DNA of 64,000 bases from NCBI RefSeq assembly GCF_030028105.1, contig NC_092382.1:101014699-101078698 (forward strand), written 5' to 3'. This document shows, one piece after another, positions 36,621 to 48,690 of the stretch. Position 1 is the first letter of the stretch. The number at the start of each line of letters is the position of its first letter. The notes beneath the pieces were generated by a model that had not been told where the DNA came from, made no database searches, and saw only the letters and a program-made list of their open reading frames with translations. Position numbers and translations under genes: made by a program. The DNA is from Mobula birostris (taxonomy: Eukaryota).

Positions 36621-37645
36621 ATGTTCCTGCTGCTGCAGTTATTGTTCTGGCTTCACGGTAAGGGACGGGATCAATTTATGAATAGTTTTCGGAAGCGGTT
36701 TTCATTACTTTTTTCTATACTTCTTGCATCTCTGTATCGACCCTGTCACTACCACGTTCCGTCGTTTCCCGTCCTTCTGATTTTCTCTTCCATTCAAGTG
36801 TCGCTTCCATGAATCGCGCTCTAGACCTGTACTGTCACGCTCTCACTTCTGCCCCTTGTAATACTATTTTCTTCTTCGACATCTGTTACTTTCTCTCCCA
36901 CCTGTCCCACCTCCCGTGGCTCCACTCCGCTTGCGTCTTTACCGCTCGTCCCGTCCCTCCTTCCTCACTCTCCACGACCCTCCCGTCTTCTTCCACATCC
37001 TCCTCTCTACCTCCATCTCCTGACATTTTTCTTCCTCTTCTCCTCCTCCTCGTAATAACCCTGCACCTATTCTTTTCCTTCTTTCCCTCCCCACCCTTTA
37101 CCTCCCTCTCAGTAAATTCAACTTTGTACTTAGTAACTCAAACAGGCGGCTTCTAATCTCCGTCATTTTATTTAATTTTCTCGACCGTTACTCTCGTTTT
37201 CGTCCTGTGCTATCGGGTTCTCTCTTCCGTTATTTGAAATTCCATAATCTGCTTCAATCCGGATTATTTCTTCTCCCGATTGCCTCACAAACGCCAACGC
37301 CGGAATCTTCTTGTTTACTGACGCCCTACTCTCTTACTCTCTCCTGTAGCCGCGGATCCCCAGACCATCCACCAGACACCCCGTTTTTATTCCGGATCTC
37401 TCGGGGACCCGATGCAGTTGACTTGCAACGTGGATGGCAGCAGCAATTACTATATGTACTGGTATCGACAATACCCGGGGAAGGAGCCTCAGCTAATGTT
37501 TTATACCTCAGGTACCAGTCTTAAAGAGCCTGCTGGGGAAGTCGATGGATTTAGCGTCCAGACTCCGAAAAGCAACGCGTGCAACCTGGTGACGAGCAGC
37601 CTGCGCAGCAATCACTCGGCCGTGTACTTCTGCGCGTGGAGTCTT
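36621..37645 (+). CDS. TRBV: TCR beta-like V segment V10 ('CAWS' family), intact, plus strand. Leader 36621..36657, V exon 37350..37645
   Basis: Leader MFLLLQLLFWLH with GTAAGG donor; exon ADPQTIHQTPRFYSGSLGDPMQLTCNVDGSSNYYMYWYRQYPGKEP...HSAVYFCAWS. Confidence 0.92.
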
Positions 37646-37684
37646 CACAGTGATACAAAGAACCGTCTGAGCTCAACAAAAACC
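37646..37684 (+). promoter_or_regulatory. Consensus 23-RSS of V10
   Basis: CACAGTG + 23 nt + ACAAAAACC. Confidence 0.96.
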
Positions 37685-38149
37685 GCTAACATCATGTTGC
37701 AGACAGGGTAAAGACAGCTGCACGAAGCGCAGTTAATCCAAGATGACGTAACGGCAGCAAGAAGCAGAGGCGGGTTAGTGGAACGCTGACAGTGCAGGTG
37801 TCCAGTCGATTTCTTCAAAGCACTTTACAGTGGGATAAAATGCAAACAGAAGAAAACAGTCAATTTTTTTCGTTAAAAGCAAAGTTAAATAAATTAGTGT
37901 TGAGCTGGCATTTAAACGTGCTAACTGACTCTCCATCCCTTTAATTTTCGGTGCTGAATTCCAGAGTTTAGGAGCGTCGTTCAAAATAAAGCTGATTCGC
38001 AAAGTCTCAACACTCGCTGCAGTTTGAATCTTAGCTTTCCCGTCGCTGGGCGGTCAAAAAGTCACAAATTGCGCCAACTATGGTCATTGGGAAACCTTCG
38101 AAGTCACCTGTTTCAAATGTAAATTGTGCGTTGCAATTCTACCCCACCT

Positions 38150-38335
38150 CTATCACTTCTTTTGAAAGCTCATCTCGTGCGCCCACCAGTATATCCGCTC
38201 CGGGTCAGAGAGTCTCCGGGATCTCGGCGGTGCCCGTATACCAGTACCCGGCGTGGTGTCACGTTGACGGCAATTAATAATTACGAACGAGTCCACGGCG
38301 ACACAGAGAGCGAGGGGCTTTGAGGAGGCTGCAGT
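38150..38335 (-). pseudogene. Possible highly degenerate V relic
   Basis: Across shifting frames: QPPQSPSLSVSP / VIINCRQRDTT / YWY, in V-like order; no YxC or RSS found. Confidence 0.3.
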
Positions 38336-39049
38336 CCGTGGGTTCGATCGGAAAAAATGAGCAGTAATTAACAGAAACTGAGAGGCGGAGTGAGATTTTA
38401 TCCATCTACCTGAAACGAACGCCCGCTCGGTTCAGACCGCCTGTCAAAGAGACATTCACCTTCAACCTTGTCGATGAGCGTATAGAACCCTGTAATGCTA
38501 CCCCTGGACCCCCGACTCTCAGGAGAAGCACCCTCATCAAGGGCCAGCGCATCATCAGCGAACGAAATGCCTCTACTGCCCTCTGCTGTTGTATCAATCA
38601 CCAATGCCTGAGAGTAAAGCGCTCAAAGTTCTCGCTAAGTCGGATCAAAACTGAGAAAATTATTGAGAGAAATTTGCTGTTTTCAAAGGTCGACGGTATC
38701 GCCGACAGTTCCCCCGACTTGGGAGGCTCAGCATTTAAAATTCAAATTAAATTTAGTATGATCTTACGTATGTGTCACCGTGTACTACCTGCGATTTATT
38801 TTCCCGCCGGCATGCACGGAAGCACCGGCAAGTACGATAGAACTTAAGCTGGAGGGCAGTTAGTCTGAGGTTAGTGGTTGGGAAGTTGTTGGCGTCGGAA
38901 ATTGAGGATGAGGTCCGAGTGTACTTGGGGAAACCTGATAAAATAGGACCTAGTCAGCATGGTTTCCTCGAGGGAAATCTTGCCTGACAACTTTCTGGGA
39001 ATTCCGAAAGAAATAACAAGCGGGATAAGCAAAAGAGAAAATGTCGAGA

Positions 39050-39610
39050 CGACTGGAAAATAAAGGCAAGGATTTGATGTTGAGGCTTTATAAAGCACTG
39101 GTGAGGCCAACCTTGGAGTATTGTGAGCAGTTTAGGGCAGCTTATCTTAGATAGGATCTGCTTATATTGGAGAGGGTTCACAGAATATTAACGACGACAA
39201 TTCAAGGAATGAAAGGGTTAACATATGAGGAGCGTTTGATAGCTCTGGGCCTGTACTTGCTGGAGTTTAGAATGAGGGGGGACCTCATTGAAACCTATCG
39301 AATATTGAAGGCGCAAACACGACGTAATCTGCAGATGCTGGAAATACAAGCAACACACACAGAAACGCTGGTGAACGTAGCAGGGCAGGCAGCATCTGTA
39401 GGAAGCGGTACAGTCCTGGGCAGACGAAGGTTCTGGGCCCGAAACGTCAACTGTACCTCTCCTGATACATGCTGCCTGGCCTGCTGCGTTCACCAGCAAC
39501 TTTTGTGAATATTGAAAGACCTAGTTATCATGGATGTGGAGAGGATGTTTCCTACACTGAGAGAAATAGAGAGGCTACCAAAGCACAGGATCAGAAGAGT
39601 GGACAGAGAA
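39050..39610 (+). mobile_element. CR1 3' fragment interrupted by a hairpin insertion (39310..39506)
   Basis: LYKALVRPTLEYC and ERVHRILT...GDLIETYRILK motifs; CR1 sequence resumes after the insertion. Confidence 0.8.
39310..39506 (+). mobile_element. Palindromic Penelope-tail-derived element with hammerhead core at the apex; 10-bp flanking duplication
   Basis: Inverted arms gctggtgaacgtagcagggcaggcagcat...ggtacagt / actgtacc...atgctgcctggcctgctgcgttcaccagc; GAATATTGAA at both 39300..39309 and 39507..39516. Confidence 0.75.
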
Positions 39611-40694
39611 GTGTAAGATGGAGTACAGTGTCGGTATGTGTATGGCCATGCATTTTGGCAGAAGAAATGAAATTGTACAGTATTTTCTAAATGGATAGGA
39701 TATGCCAAGAAACTGAGGCGCAAAGGGACTTCACAGCCATTGCGCAGGATTCATGAAAAATTTATTTAGGTGCATTCTGTGGTGAGGGAGGCACATGTGA
39801 TGATAGCACTTATTTCAAGAGTACTAGAATACAAATGCCAGAATATAATGTGGCCCACTTCATGAAGAGCCAGCGAGACCTGATTTGGAGTATCGTGTGC
39901 CGTTGTCGGTTTCCTGTTTTTAGCAAAAAAGAGGTGCTGAAACTGTAGAGGTTTCATAGGAGTTTCACGAAAATGATCCGAAAATTAAAGGTTTATGGTT
40001 TAAAGAGGTTTTGATTGCTCTGGAACTCAAAAAAGGATGAGGAATGATCTGATTGAAAACTGCCCAATGGTGAAATACCTTGGTAGCTTGACGCGGAGGG
40101 GATGTTTCCAAAGGTGCGACAATCCTAGACCGGGGGACACAGTGTCAAAGTAGAAGTACGGAGGTGAGGAGCAATTCCTTTGGACAGAGAGCGGCGAATC
40201 CTTTGAATTATTGAAGGCAACGGTTGATCGATTCTTGATTGTTTTGAGCATGAGAAGGTAAGGGGAGAAAGAGGGAGATTGAGGTTGAAAAGGAAATTTG
40301 AATCAGCCAAGATGAAGTGGCGGAATAGACTCGCTGGAGCAAATAACCGAATTCTGCTCGTATATATTAGGTTCATACGGCCTTATATTCATAATGATCG
40401 ACTATATCAATCAATGAATAGAAAGGAATTGTCCAAACCCTGAAAGTTAGTCCATCTCGGTACCTAGTGTTGCGGGATCTACTGTAATGGGGAGTTGATA
40501 ACACTGACGGCGGAGGACTTCATAATAGATTCAGCTTCCTCCCAGCAGCGTTTCACGCAAATGAACTTTAGATGGACGTGCGTGTGAGGGGAGACTGATA
40601 AAAAAGATTGTACTTGGAGATGAGTTCGATGGACGCAGAGAAAGTAGCGGGCAACGGGCTGTCATGGGCTGACTGTTCTCCGAATCACGGGGCA

Positions 40695-40733
40695 GGTTTT
40701 TGTCTGAGGAAGCCCGAGACGTGAGCCGCCGTG
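40695..40733 (-). promoter_or_regulatory. 23-RSS of V11
   Basis: CACGGCG + 23 nt + ACAAAAACC. Confidence 0.9.
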
Positions 40734-41243
40734 CGAGACTCGCTGCGCAGAAGTAGGTCGCCGAGTCCGTCTCCTCGCAGCTGCTGAGCTGCAGAGTGAA
40801 GCTGTTCTGTGCAGCTTCGAGCTTTGTGGTGAACCGCGGTTTAAATTGTGAGTCGCATGAACCATACTCGTTGCAGACATGCTCCAGGATCGTCCCGACT
40901 TGCCTGTACCAGTGCATGGTGTAGCCGCTCATGCCACCTCCCTCCAAACTGCACTCAAAACTGAACTGTTCTCCCGGCCGAACCGAGGCCGCGGTTGGTA
41001 ACTGGACCACTGTTGGCGCAGCCGACAGACCTGGATTAACATGCAAGAGAGAGAAATTCATGGTCAAGTGGATGACAACGGCATAGTATCCCGCTATTTA
41101 AAACACGATTTGCGATCGTCCGTGAATCGGCCGGTTCGACCCCTATGTGAGACAATAATTGATGAATAAAAAAACTCACATTTGTGCAAGAGTGTCAGGG
41201 ATAAAGTTAGGCAGACAAGGGGCACGTGAGGCGGGAAATGCAT
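40734..41243 (-). CDS. TRBV: Divergent TCR beta-like V segment V11 ('MSxYTM...EY...CAAS' type), intact, with three extra cysteines. Leader 41180..41243, V exon 40734..41030
   Basis: Leader MHFPPHVPLVCLTLSLTLLHK with GTGAGT donor; exon PTVVQLPTAASVRPGEQFSFECSLEGGGMSGYTMHWYRQVGTILEHVCNEYGSCDSQFKPRF...LSSCEETDSATYFCAASL. Confidence 0.85.
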
Positions 41244-42329
41244 CGCGATTCTGCAGCGCTGTTCGGCAGCAAATGAGCCTCGTTCGCTTCTTCAACTGAG
41301 CTCTGTCGGTCGAGGGTGTTCCCGGATATGACGTCGAGACTGTCCATACACCAATTGCCGATTGAGCTCCTGCTGACGACATCATTATCTGATCGTCTGC
41401 TTGGGACAGAAATGGCAATTGTCTGCAGTCATGTTCCAGGCGGTGCAGATACAACCCCTCGGCCCCATTCTTCTGCGTAGGGCAGCTTTGTTATCGAAGC
41501 CCATCGCATTAGCCAGAGGTTCGCGTGTTAACCTCAAAACCTTTCCATTCCATGTACCGGTCAAGAAGACCTTCTGAAGCTTGCAATCTTCGGTGCTTCT
41601 CCCGCCGATTTTATTACTTTTTTAAAAAAACCGAACATTTTAAAGGCTCCTTAAACACCCACTCCACTCACCTTCAATCCCGATTTATTGACATGATTTC
41701 TGCATGTTATGTTTCTGTGGAATCCATTGCATTCATGCTTGTTCAGTGTGTAATATTATATCCGGACCGATATGAAAATAAACCATGGTAAAATGGTCCA
41801 TGAAGCAGTCAACCAATCAGCTACGCCGGCAAGAGTATTTCCGGAAACTATTTGCCCGAAAGAGGGCGCTGTTGGACCACGGGATTCGACAGAGAGTGCA
41901 CCCCGAGACGGGAACGGCAGCCCATTCTGCCCATCGAAGCGTACTGATGTCAGTTCAAATGAAGGAATTATGAAACCAATCTCGTTACTTTTTCCGTGTC
42001 TCTGTCGATCTATCATTTATCGTATCTCGCTCAATAGACGTTCTGAACCCTCAAGCAACCTGCATGCGCGCCTACCTGTCTTATTTTTCTGTTGCTCTGA
42101 ACTATCCCTTTCTATTTTTCTATCTGCATATCTATCTATCTATCTGTTATAACATCCACAAACTCCACATCAGATTATGCCACAGCACGGATCAGGTCAG
42201 AGCTTTCAAATTTACAGTCTGCAAGGACAGCAAGGTCTCGTAAAATGGCCGCCCCATCTTCAGATCTCAAAGTGGCAAGTGCTTTTACTATCAAAGGAGA
42301 CATCAATGATACAACTTTGCAATTCGTCA

Positions 42330-43310
42330 AAATCCCATTATCAGAGCACTCCCAAATCCGGTGACACTACCACATCCGTCGAATCCCCAGCCCTAAACCC
42401 CAAATCTACCGACACACCCGAACTCGTGCACACCCCTAAATCCTGTGACTTCCAATTATCCCGGACAAGTCCGAAAACCAGCAATGCTCCGAATCGATTG
42501 GCACCCACAAATCCGTGCTCACCTCCGCATCCGATGACACTCCAGGTTCTCCTGACACGCCCTAATCCGTTTACACCCCTAAATTCGCGCGCACACAAAG
42601 CCATTCACAACTCCCAAAATCTGCTGAGAATCCAATTTCTGATTGCAATCCGAGATCGCTGGTGCACCTCAAATTCTGCTGATACCTGCAATTAGGCTGA
42701 CACCCCTAAATTCTCGAGCATCTATCCACAATTTCGCATGCACCCCGCAAAGGTGCTGACACGCGCAAATCCACACGAGTCACCACTTGCGCAAAATCCT
42801 CAGATCTATTGACATCCTCATGCCCACCGACATCCAGTAATTCGGTGACAGCTCAATTCCTGCTGTTACCCTCAAATTTGTTGTACTTGAAATGCGCGTG
42901 CGACCAAAATATGGTGACAACACCCCCCATATATCCGACGACAACCTGAAATCCGCCGAATCCTACAAATCTGTACGCACCACAAATCTACACAGCCCGT
43001 AATCCCAGCTCAGCACCAAATCCCGGTGACCTGTCAATATTCACCAATACCGTGAAAACCGCTGAAACGCCAAAATGTGCCCGCGGCCACTAACCCGAGA
43101 CACAACCAAACCTGTTGACACCCAGCATCCGCCGATAACAAAAATAGCAAGAAGAAAGGTCAATCTTGAAATGAGAATTCATTGTCAAAGCATGTATAAA
43201 TTATATAACCTTGAAATACGCCACAGCCCAAAATCTGAGCACCTTTGATACTCGCTGAACCTCCCAAATTCGGTGACACGGCCACATCCGGAACGCGCTC
43301 CCAAATCCAC
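42330..43310. repeat. Degenerate minisatellite-like tract of recurring CCC(A/T)AAATCC/ACACCC motifs
   Basis: Many imperfect copies by eye; similar motifs at ~4480..4600. Confidence 0.6.
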
Positions 43311-44009
43311 GCGCATGGATACGTAGGTGCGTGCGTGCCGATCGAGAGAGGGCAGGCAATCCCCGGGAGTTTTAGAAGGAGGGGTGATAGTTGCAGTGGC
43401 GGATGCATAGAAGTGAACCGGACCGGATTATGGTTCAGAAGCGGGAGGGAGCGTTTGGTTTTCGAGGATATCGGTGTGTCTATGAACTGAGGTGCTCCAG
43501 TAGTAGAAACTCTGTAATAATTTTGTGGGAGAGCGGGGTTTAAAAATCTAAATGGCGTCTGGAGGTAATTATCTATAGCTGTTTATTTTCTAATTCTGAT
43601 TGTACATTAAGAACCTGGGATACATATTCTAGCCGGCATTCGCGATTGATGGAATCGGTGAAAAAATACACGCAAAAATGAACTAAAACTGATGTGCAAA
43701 AAGAAGAAAAAATGAACGAATGCATAAAAATAACAATATCAATAGTATTAATCATAATGGAATCAATCAAAACATCAATAGTCATGAGTTTTACAATCAT
43801 TGAGAGTGAGCCCATAGGATTCTCATATTGCGATACTAAAGGCTCCTGTAACAACTGCAGACAGGAAATGAGAACATGGCCGAGATGTTTGAGGTCTTTC
43901 ATAGTGGATGCTGTTTTCTTGTTGGGAGCATCTCTGGCAAATGTGATTTGGCTGAGTGTGATGTAAGGCCTCATTTGGAGTACAGTATTGTTATAGTGTT
44001 ACAATATTA

Positions 44010-45260
44010 AGACCATAAGTCAATAGGAGCAGAATTAGGCCGTCTGGCCCATCGAGTTTGCTCCGCTACTCTATCATAGCTGATACTTTATTATCTCCTC
44101 CTCAACCCTAGTTCCGGGCCCTCTCCCTGTAACCTTTGATGCCATGCCCAATCGTGAATATATCTATCGCTGCCTACAAAGACCCAACAAGCTGGTCTCC
44201 GCAGCTGTATGTGGCAACAAAATCCACAAGTTCACCATACTTTCGCAGAAGAAATCTGTCTGCATATCCGTATTGAAAGGGCACCGCTCTATCCTGATGC
44301 TGTGCCCTCTTGTCCTAGACTCTCCTACCATGGGAAATATCCTTTCCACATCGACTCTGTCTAGGCCTTTCAAAATTCGAAAGCTCTTCAATCAGATCGC
44401 CCCTCATCCTTCTGAATTCCAGCGAGTGGAGACACAGATCCATCAAACGTTCTTCCTGTGATAACCCTTTCATTCCTGGTATCATCTTTGTGAAGCTCCT
44501 GTTGGACCTCTGCAATGTCAGCACATCTGTTCCACGATGAGGTGTCCAAAACTGTACACAACACTGAAGATGAGGCCTCGCCAGTGTCTTATAAACCCTC
44601 AGCATCACTAATCTTGTATTCTAGATCTCTTGAAATAAACGCTAACATGACATTTCCCGTCCTCAACCACCGACTCAACCTACAAGTTAACCATCAGGGT
44701 GTTCCGTACAAGGATTCCAAGTCCCTCTGCATCTCAGGTTCCTGGAAGTTTTTTTTCATCTTTTAGAAAATAGTCCGCACTTTTATTTCTATTGCCAAAG
44801 TGCATGGACATGCATTTTCGAAGATTATATTTCATTTTCCACTCTCTTGCCCATTCTCATAAACTGTCGAAGTTCTTCTACATCCTACCTGTTCCCTCAA
44901 CACTGCCTGCTCCTTCACCAATCTTCGTATCGTCTGCAAACTAGGCAACAGAGTCATCCATTGCATCATCTAAAATGTATCATTTATATATAGCACCAGA
45001 AGAAGTCGTCCTAACACCGACTCCTGCGGAACACCACTCGTCACTGGTAGTCAACCAGAAAGGGATCTTTTTATTCCCACTCGCTGCCTCTTACCAAACA
45101 GCCAATGCTCTAACCATGTTAGTAACTCTCCTGCAATGCTATGGGTTCCTAACTTGGTAAGCAGCTTCACGTGTGGCACTTGTCAAAGGCCTTTGGAAAG
45201 TCCAAATATACAACATCCACTGCATCTCCTTTATCTATCCTACCTGTAATCTCCTCAAAG
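44010..45260 (-). mobile_element. CR1 LINE 3' fragment
   Basis: ORFs 44315..44608 (RVYKTLARPHLQCCVQFW) and 44164..44391 (SRTRGHSIRI). Confidence 0.85.
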
Positions 45261-45269
45261 AATTTGGGA

Positions 45270-45800
45270 CTTGATGAAGCGCTGGACAGGCCTCATTTGG
45301 AGTATTGGGAGCAGGTCGGGAAGTTTAACTGAGAAATGACGTGTTGAAACTGGAGAGCGTTCAAAGGAGGTTGACGAAATTCATTGCAAGATTGAATGTT
45401 TGTCATATGAAGAGCGTTTGATGTCTTTGGGCTCGTATTCATTAGTATTCAGAAGGATAAGGGATGATCTGATTGAAACCTACCTAATGGTGAAAGGCGT
45501 TCATCGAGTGGATGCGGAGTGGATGTTTCCAACCATGGGACAGCCTTAGACTGGAGGACACAGTCCCGCAATAGAGGGACATCTTTTTAGTATGAAGATG
45601 AAGAGAAATTTCTTCAGCTGGAAAGGAGTGAATTTCCGGCGTTACGTATATTCAAAGCAGAGTTTGACAGATTCCTAATTGGTTCGGGCTTGAATGAATA
45701 AGGGGAGAAGGCAGGAGATTGGGATTGAGATGAAAATACAACAGACCGGATGAGATGGTGGAGCAGGCTTGACGGGCTAAATCCCTGATTCTGTTCCTAA
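45270..45800 (+). mobile_element. CR1 LINE 3' fragment
   Basis: RPHLEY..., GDLIETY and GGHSP-type motifs in degenerate frames. Confidence 0.7.
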
Positions 45801-45819
45801 ATATTATAGTCTTAGAATC

Positions 45820-45825
<6 letters not shown>

Positions 45826-45854
<29 letters not shown>

Positions 45855-45920
45855 ACAACAACAATAATAATAATACCAACAACAATAACAATAATAATAA
45901 CTACAATAATAATAATAACA
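45826..45920. repeat. (AAT/AAC)n microsatellite
   Basis: Visible tandem run. Confidence 0.95.
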
Positions 45921-47489
45921 GACTTAATTTAATAATAGCTTCAATTTATTGACTGCATCGCTCCATGTGTGATTTTTCATAGAGAACCTCTACCTCTGTC
46001 ATTCTTGTAGAACACCTTCTATTGCCCAATCATCATGGCTCCGTCTGTCAAAGTAGACAATGGCTGCGCCCTTTCCGGGCCGCAGACCTGGGCGATAAAT
46101 ATGGAGATCCTGGGCCGCCCAGACATCAAGATCGCCCTCTCGGCCTCGCGGATGTGGTCCAAAGGAATGCGAAGCAGCCCATTTGGAATCAGTTTCGCTG
46201 CAGAAGCTGCCGGGAGGTGACGTGATACGTCATCCGACCGCCTTAGACCCCAAGAAGCTCTATATATTCAGCGGCTGCAGACTGAGCCTTTTCGCACGCT
46301 ATCTATTATTATGTTGTTATTAGTATCTATAATAATAATTATTATAATTTCTTCTCGGCTCCACTTGGTAAAACTTGAAGTATGGCCATTGCCAAACAGA
46401 CATATATCTCAGTTGTTCGGAACTTTCCGAGTGGTCAAACTATGCTTAGTGCTGTGTCCTTCTGAAGAACTAACTGTGTTATTATGTTCTGCCGTACCAT
46501 TGGAATGATATAAATTGTAACTATTACTGTTGGGAGAATGTTTCATAGTCTTTCAATTTCCTCTTTAGTTCGGTATATTTCTGGTGTTTTTCAACTTATT
46601 AAATTCTGTGGGTTATGTGTGGTCGAGCAGGCTCTATCTATTAAGTACACTGTTCTTGCCTGTTTATCGTGCAATATGATCACCGGTCGCATAAGGAAAT
46701 ACACCGCGGTAAAATGAATGAATGAATAAATCAATCAACCATATCTGCACCTGTATTTCCTACAAATATGTGTGCGAAAGAGACGAATAATTCTCCGCAA
46801 ACACACAGGGACCCCGCTGCATAGAATGTGGGGAAACCCGTGCCAATCATAATTAACTTGACAAGATAAAAACAGGCAGCACGAGGCTTTAACCGGTATA
46901 TATGTAAGGTAACAAGGAAATACAGGGGCAAGAGCAGATTCGAAACCCAAGACTCGACGGCAAGACGCAAACACATCTATTAATAGATCTGGACCAAAGT
47001 CCTACAATCAATGTACTTATACAAATATCCCTTTAATGCTGAAATACACAACACATCCATCGCTTCCGCTGCTAAATCGTTCCACCTCCTCACCAAGCGC
47101 CATGAAGAACTTCCTGCTAAAGTTCATCTCAAATATTTTACCTTTCGCCCCCAACACATGACCCCTGAGTCATGACATAACATGACTGAGTCTCACCCGA
47201 CCTCAGTGGAAAAAATGCTGCTTGAATCGATACACCTCATAACTGACTATACCCCTATCGTATCTCCCCATAATCTTCACGTTCCACGGTTTAAAGCCCG
47301 AAACTATGAAATAGGTCCATACAACACAATTCGTGCAGTCCCGGCACCATCTTGTAAAGTTTCTCTCTGTTATTTCAGCATTATTTACAGCTCCCTTCTA
47401 GGACCAAAACTGGACATACTTTTCCAAATTAGTCCTCCCACGTGCTCGCCAGATGTGTTTTCTGCGTGAGAAACATGGAAACATAGAGA

Positions 47490-48270
47490 ACCTACAGCAC
47501 AATTAAGGCCCCTCGGCCAAATAAGCTGTTCCGAACATGTCCCTACCCCTGAAACTACCTAGGGGTACGCGAATCCTTCTATTTTTCTAAGCTCCATGTG
47601 CCTATCTAGGAGTCTCTTCGAAGACCCAGTCGTAACCGCTGCCGCAGGCCATTCCACGCACTCAACACTCTCTGCGTAAAAAAAAAACTACCCTTGACAT
47701 CTCCTCTCTACCATCCTCCAAGCATCTTAAAACCATGCCCTCTCGTGTTAGCCATTTCAGCCCTGGGAAAAAAAGCCTTTGACTATCCACACGATCAATG
47801 CCTCTCATCATCTTGTGCACCTCTATCAGCTCACTTCTCATCCTTCGTCGCTCCAAGGAGAAAAGGCCGAGTTCACTCAATCTACTCTCAGAAAGCATGC
47901 TCCCAAATCCAGGCAACATCCTTGTAAATCTGTTCTGCACCCTTTCTGTGGTTTTCACATACTTCCTGTAGTGAGGCGACCACAACTGAGCATAGTACTC
48001 CAAGTGGGGTCTGACCAGATTCCTCTATAGTTGCAACATTATCTCTCGGCTTGTAACCTCAGTGCCACGATTGATGAAGGCCAATGCACCTCAAGTCTTC
48101 TTAACCACAAAGTCAACCTGCGCAGCAGCTTTGAATGTCCTATGGACTCGTATCCCACGATCCCCCTGATCGTTCACACTGCCCAGAATTTTGCCATTAA
48201 TGTTAAATTGTGCCATCACACATGACCTACCAAAATGAAACACCTCGAACTTATCTGGGTTGAACTCATT
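47490..48270 (-). mobile_element. CR1 LINE 3' fragment
   Basis: ORF 47662..48003 EYYAQLWSPHYRK...LGLFSLERRRMR. Confidence 0.85.
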
Positions 48271-48589
48271 ATTCGGGAGGCGTTCTCTCAGAAGTTAGGA
48301 AATGTCCGCATTTTGAGGTACACTTGCCACTTGCCGATTAGACTTGAGCTGTGGAGGTATACGTCCGAACAGATATTGTGTTTTGGTATAAATACTAGTG
48401 CATAAAATAATACAGAGTACGCCCGCCAATAGAAGGAAATACGGAAAGAAAGAGTGGATGGAGCGGCGGAGACTTAAACAGCGAGATACAGATGCAGAAG
48501 GAAAGAGACAGAGGCCGATATGAGAAAGGAAGGGAAAAAGAAAGAACGATGGATAAGTAGATAAACACAGACAGAGAAGTGGAACGATA

Positions 48590-48644
48590 GACAGATGGAT
48601 AGGTAGACAGGCAGACAGACATATAGATTAGCAGACAGGTGGAG

Positions 48645-48677
<33 letters not shown>

Positions 48678-48690
48678 CATAGATTCATAC
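48590..48690. repeat. (TAGA)n microsatellite
   Basis: Visible tandem run. Confidence 0.9.

Noticed and set aside
46022-46290. GC-rich segment with TGACGTG and TATATA resembling a V promoter
   Set aside because: No leader or V exon follows; more likely a retroelement 3' remnant, which I could not classify.
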